A stretch of DNA of 61,627 nt, counting the filler. It is 4 parts of 4 records of this genome, joined end to end, with 100 filler letters (N's around TTAATTAATTAA, not from the genome) between each part and the next. Parts side by side here need not be neighbours in the genome. Positions count along the whole stretch, not along the records: positions 48,487 to 61,627 come from SRR31156797_1685; 3 more parts are not named here. One strand, 5' to 3'. Position numbers and translations under genes: made by a program. This document shows, one piece after another, positions 57,671-61,627 of the stretch (its first letter is position 1; each line of letters starts with the position of its first letter). The notes beneath the pieces are model-generated. The model did not search any database and was not told the origin of the DNA. It saw only the letters and a program-made list of their open reading frames with translations.

Positions 57671-60600
57671 ATGATAAAAATAATCTTTTTATTCTTTCTA
57701 TCTTTAAATATATTATTTGCAAATGATAAAGTTACTCTACAACTTAAATGGTTTCATCAATTTCAATTTGCTGGATATTATGCAGCAAAGGAAAAAGGTT
57801 TTTATTCTGACTTAGGATTAGATGTAGAAATAAAAGAAAGAGATATAAAATTTAATAATGTAGAGCAAGTTATAAATGGAGAAGCAAATTATGGAGTGGC
57901 AGATTCAGTTCTTATGCTCTATAAAGCAAAGAAAGAGCCAATCGTTATTGTTTCTCCTATCTTTCAACATTCTCCAAATACTTTAATTTCATTAAAAAAG
58001 ACTAAAATTAACTCTTTATACGATTTAGAAGACAAAGAACTTTTGTTTTATTCTAATGATACTGATGGATTATCAATTCTATCAATGTTAAAAAAGTTTA
58101 ATATAAAAAATGTAAAATTAATTAGAGAAAGAGAAAAAGAAGATTTTATAAGATTAATTAAAAATGAAGCAGACCTAATGGTAGGTTATTTATCAAATGA
58201 ACCTTTTTATTTTTTAGAAAAAGGTATAGGTATTAATATAATTAACCCTGCTCATTATGGATTTGATTTGTATGGGGATATGTTATTTACTAGTGAAGAA
58301 GAGGCATTAAATCATCCAGATAGAGTTAAAAAATTTAAAGAAGCTTCACTTAAAGGTTGGCATTATGCTTTAAATAACAAAGAAGAGATTATTAACCTTA
58401 TCTATAATAAGTATACCAAAAGAAAATCACTTAAGCATTTAAGATATGAAGCAAATGCTATAGAAAAAATGATTTCTAAAGATATTATTCCTTTAGGTAC
58501 TTTTGATAAAGGAAGAATCAGATACATTACTGATTTATACAAAAAACAAAACTTGTTAAATGAAGTACCTAATATAAAGAACTTTATATTTGAAGACTTT
58601 TTGTCTGATATAAATTCAAAATTAACTAAAGAAGAGAAAGATTATTTATCTGAAAAAAGAGTACTAAAAGTTGCAAATTTAAAATCTTTTCCTCCTTATA
58701 ATTATAATGCTAATGAAAAACCTCAAGGCTATATGATTGATTATATAAAATTATTATCAAAAGAACTCAATTTAGAAGTTGAATTTATTACTAAACCATG
58801 GAATAAATTAGTACCAATGCTTCATAAAGATGAAATAGATCTTATTCCTCATATTGCAATAAATGAAGAAAGATTAAAGTATGTTGATTTTACAAACTTT
58901 TCTCCTATTGTATATCAGTCAGCTTTAGCTATTCCAAGTAGATCAAAAATTAAAAGCTTAAAAGATTTATCAGGAAAAAGATTATCAATTCTTGATAATT
59001 CATTCCTTGAATCCATCATAAAAAAAGAATTCCCAGATATTCAATTAATTACAACAAAAACTGTTGAAGAAGCGATAAAGTTAGTTTCAGAAAAAAAAGT
59101 TGATGCAGTAATAGGTGAGCTAACAATTCTTGAATACCATATTAGTAATAAGTGGATAAGCAATGTAGAGACGTTAAAAATTAATGATTTAGACAATGTA
59201 CCTTCTGTTACACCTTTATATGTAGGGATAAAAAAAGGTAATTTAACATTAAAAAGTATACTAGAAAAGGCAAATAATTCTATTTCTGATAATAATATAA
59301 TTTCTTTGAAAAAGAAATGGTTAGATAAGGCTCACATAAATAGTATTGATTTTTCAAAAGATGAGTATGAGTACTTAAAGAAAAAAGATAGAATAAATTA
59401 CTGTATTAAAGAAAATAGAATGCCAATTGAAGAAATAAAAGATAATCAATTTCTTGGAATAAGTTCAGAGTTTATTAAAATATTTGAAGATAATACTAAT
59501 TTAAAATTTAACATACTAAACTCAAAAAATATTTATGACTTAAATAAATCCTGTGATGTGATTTCTTTAATGATAAAAGAGAAAAATAGTCCATATTTAT
59601 TTTCAAAAGATTTTTTATCTTTTCCTTTAGCTATTGCAACAAAGTCTGATGAACCTTATATTTCTTCTTTTAAAACATTAAATAATAGAGTTATTGGATA
59701 TGTAAAAAATAGTATTGACATTGATAGTCTTAAATTAAATTATCCGCAAGTGAAATTTAAAGAAGTATCTTCAAGTGATTTAGCTTTAACTCTTATAAGT
59801 AATAATAAATTATATGGCTTATTAGGAACTCTACCTGAATTAGGCTATCAAGTACAAAAAAATCATGAATTAGGTTTTAAAGTATCCGCAAACCTTAACG
59901 AGATAGTAGAATATTCACTGGCACTAAAAAAAGACAATATTTTATTATTAGGTGTCTTTAATAAGGTTTTAAAATCAATATCAAAAGATGAAAAAGAAGA
60001 TATTTATAATAAATGGAATACTGTAAAATATGAAAGAAGTATTGATTCTAAAAAGCTATTATTAGCAGCTTCTATTATTTTACTTATTATTTTAATAGTC
60101 ATATATAAAAATAGACAAATAAAAGAAATCAATAATAAGATGAAAAGATATATAAAGATAGTTGATGAACATGTATTAACTTCAACTACAGATTTAGAGG
60201 GGAATATAACATATGCATCAAAAGCATTTTGTAAAATAAGTGGTTACAAAAAAGAAGAAATCTTAGGGAAAAACCATAATATAGTTAGACATGAAGATAT
60301 GCCTGATAGTCTTTTTAAAGAAATGTGGGACACAATAAAAAGTGGAAAAAGATGGAATGGTGAAATAAAAAATAAGAAGAAAGATGGAACTTTTTATTGG
60401 GTAGAAACAAATGTAGAACCTGTACTTAATACCAGTAATAAAATTGATAGTTTTATGGCGGTTCGACATGATATATCAGATAAGAAAAAAATAGAAACGA
60501 TATCTATTACAGATGAGCTTACAGGATTATATAACAGACGATATTTTAATCAGATTTTACTTCAAGAATTAAATAGAGCAAAAAGAGACAATTATGCTTT

Positions 60601-61015
60601 TGCATTAATTATTTTTGATGTAGATTTTTTCAAACAATATAATGACAATTATGGTCATCAAAAAGGAGATTATGTATTATCATCTATTGGTAAAGAGTTA
60701 AAAACAATTTGTAAAAGAAGTACGGACTTTACATTTAGAATTGGAGGAGAAGAGTTTGCAGTAATATTTAAACCTCATTCAAAAAAGAATGCAATCGAGT
60801 TTGCTTCAATTCTAAATAAAAAAATAGAAAATCTTAATATAGAACACTCTTTTAGTAAAGTTTCAAAATATATAACAGTTTCAGTTGGTTTATATAGTGA
60901 TATAGGAAATAATTTATCTGATGAAGAAAGTGTTTATAACTTTGCTGATTTGGCATTATATGAAGCTAAAGAAAAAGGAAGAAATCAAGTTATACTTTAT
61001 AACACAAGTACTTAA
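57671..61015 (+). CDS. Diguanylate cyclase with NMT1/THI5-like and two amino-acid-SBP-like periplasmic domains, TM, PAS, GGDEF
   Basis: LQLKW.HQFQFAGYYAA.EKGFY; PPY.Y...G...D; PAS; RSTD I-site and GGEEF. Confidence 0.92.
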   Translation: MIKIIFLFFLSLNILFANDKVTLQLKWFHQFQFAGYYAAKEKGFYSDLGLDVEIKERDIKFNNVEQVINGEANYGVADSVLMLYKAKKEPIVIVSPIFQHSPNTLISLKKTKINSLYDLEDKELLFYSNDTDGLSILSMLKKFNIKNVKLIREREKEDFIRLIKNEADLMVGYLSNEPFYFLEKGIGINIINPAHYGFDLYGDMLFTSEEEALNHPDRVKKFKEASLKGWHYALNNKEEIINLIYNKYTKRKSLKHLRYEANAIEKMISKDIIPLGTFDKGRIRYITDLYKKQNLLNEVPNIKNFIFEDFLSDINSKLTKEEKDYLSEKRVLKVANLKSFPPYNYNANEKPQGYMIDYIKLLSKELNLEVEFITKPWNKLVPMLHKDEIDLIPHIAINEERLKYVDFTNFSPIVYQSALAIPSRSKIKSLKDLSGKRLSILDNSFLESIIKKEFPDIQLITTKTVEEAIKLVSEKKVDAVIGELTILEYHISNKWISNVETLKINDLDNVPSVTPLYVGIKKGNLTLKSILEKANNSISDNNIISLKKKWLDKAHINSIDFSKDEYEYLKKKDRINYCIKENRMPIEEIKDNQFLGISSEFIKIFEDNTNLKFNILNSKNIYDLNKSCDVISLMIKEKNSPYLFSKDFLSFPLAIATKSDEPYISSFKTLNNRVIGYVKNSIDIDSLKLNYPQVKFKEVSSSDLALTLISNNKLYGLLGTLPELGYQVQKNHELGFKVSANLNEIVEYSLALKKDNILLLGVFNKVLKSISKDEKEDIYNKWNTVKYERSIDSKKLLLAASIILLIILIVIYKNRQIKEINNKMKRYIKIVDEHVLTSTTDLEGNITYASKAFCKISGYKKEEILGKNHNIVRHEDMPDSLFKEMWDTIKSGKRWNGEIKNKKKDGTFYWVETNVEPVLNTSNKIDSFMAVRHDISDKKKIETISITDELTGLYNRRYFNQILLQELNRAKRDNYAFALIIFDVDFFKQYNDNYGHQKGDYVLSSIGKELKTICKRSTDFTFRIGGEEFAVIFKPHSKKNAIEFASILNKKIENLNIEHSFSKVSKYITVSVGLYSDIGNNLSDEESVYNFADLALYEAKEKGRNQVILYNTST

Positions 61016-61044
61016 AATTTTTTATATCTAATGAGTGAGAAAGT

Positions 61045-61627
61045 CTAAAAACTTTCCCATTCATCAGAGTTTGATTCTGACTTAAATTCTTTTCTACTAT
61101 TATTATTTTGTGTAGTTTTTGGTGTAGAAGTCTCTTTTACTTTTTGTGGACTTTTATTTGTTTTATTTGATTCCTGTCCATCAAATTTATTTTTATTAAC
61201 ATTTTGAACAACATCAATTGCAATATTATTTGTTTCCTGTGCAATTGAATTTGTTTTATCTGCTACAGATGCATTTTCTTGTGTAAACTTATCTAATTGA
61301 CCTACTGCATCTGCAATTTGATTCATTCCAATACTTTGTTCTTTTGCAGCATTAGTAACATCATCAATTAACTTACTTGTTTCAACAATTTTTTCTTCTA
61401 ATGATGTAAAACCTTCTATCATTTTACTACTAATATTTTTACCATTATCTGCTCTTGCAGTGGCATTTTCAACTAATTCTTTAATTTCTTTAGCTGCTTC
61501 TGCTGATCTATTTGCTAGATTTCTAACTTCTGCTGCAACTACTGCAAAACCTTTTCCTGCTTCTCCAGCTGTTGCTGCTTCTACGGCAGCATTTAAAGAA
61601 AGAATATTTGTTTGAAATGCAATTTGA
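61045..61627 (-). CDS. Methyl-accepting chemotaxis protein, C-terminal fragment
   Basis: Frame open to the window end: [39 protein letters not shown]-terminal pentapeptide EWESF. Confidence 0.95.
   Translation of the reverse strand, partial: QIAFQTNILSLNAAVEAATAGEAGKGFAVVAAEVRNLANRSAEAAKEIKELVENATARADNGKNISSKMIEGFTSLEEKIVETSKLIDDVTNAAKEQSIGMNQIADAVGQLDKFTQENASVADKTNSIAQETNNIAIDVVQNVNKNKFDGQESNKTNKSPQKVKETSTPKTTQNNNSRKEFKSESNSDEWESF

Noticed and set aside
762-60469. Many short antisense or overlapping ORFs in the track (e.g. 868-1299, 6400-6774, 42263-42772, 46142-46570)
   Set aside because: They are shadows of well-supported genes and carry no recognisable motifs.

Overview
The window is four unrelated contigs joined by 100-bp artificial linkers (44 N + TTAATTAATTAA + 44 N) at 31664-31763, 40835-40934 and 48387-48486, so nothing should be linked across the joins. 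Contig A (1-31663) is Bacteroidales-type, judged by TAnnTTTG promoters and T9SS C-terminal domains. It carries a Zn-ribbon protein, pirin, nitroreductase, a ParDE toxin-antitoxin pair, birA, two glycosyltransferases, a TPR protein with an apparently dead caspase-like domain, ltaE, a radical SAM protein, a 10-repeat T9SS surface protein, manC, T9SS proteases (M14, C25 gingipain-like, partial M6), a PfkB kinase, tRNA-Asn, a TonB-type receptor and a DUF3127 protein. Contig B (31764-40834) is also Bacteroidales-like: partial iorA, yjbQ with a displaced duplicate of its 3' end, yccF, a heterodimeric ABC exporter, a Nif3-like protein and a GntP permease. Contig C (40935-48386) is Arcobacter-like Campylobacterota: a PACE transporter fragment, tsdA with a Cache/response regulator/kinase trio, ftsY, tlpA, 5-formyl-THF cyclo-ligase and partial rny. 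Contig D (48487-61627) is very AT-rich and Arcobacter-like. It starts with a Tn7-like target-selector module (TniQ, a short TnsF/TniE-like ORF and a convergent 637-aa TnsE/orf4-like ORF), followed by a c-di-GMP signalling cluster and an MCP fragment. The Tn7-like module is the best candidate for an undescribed system. All family calls come from motif recognition by eye; no database searches were run.
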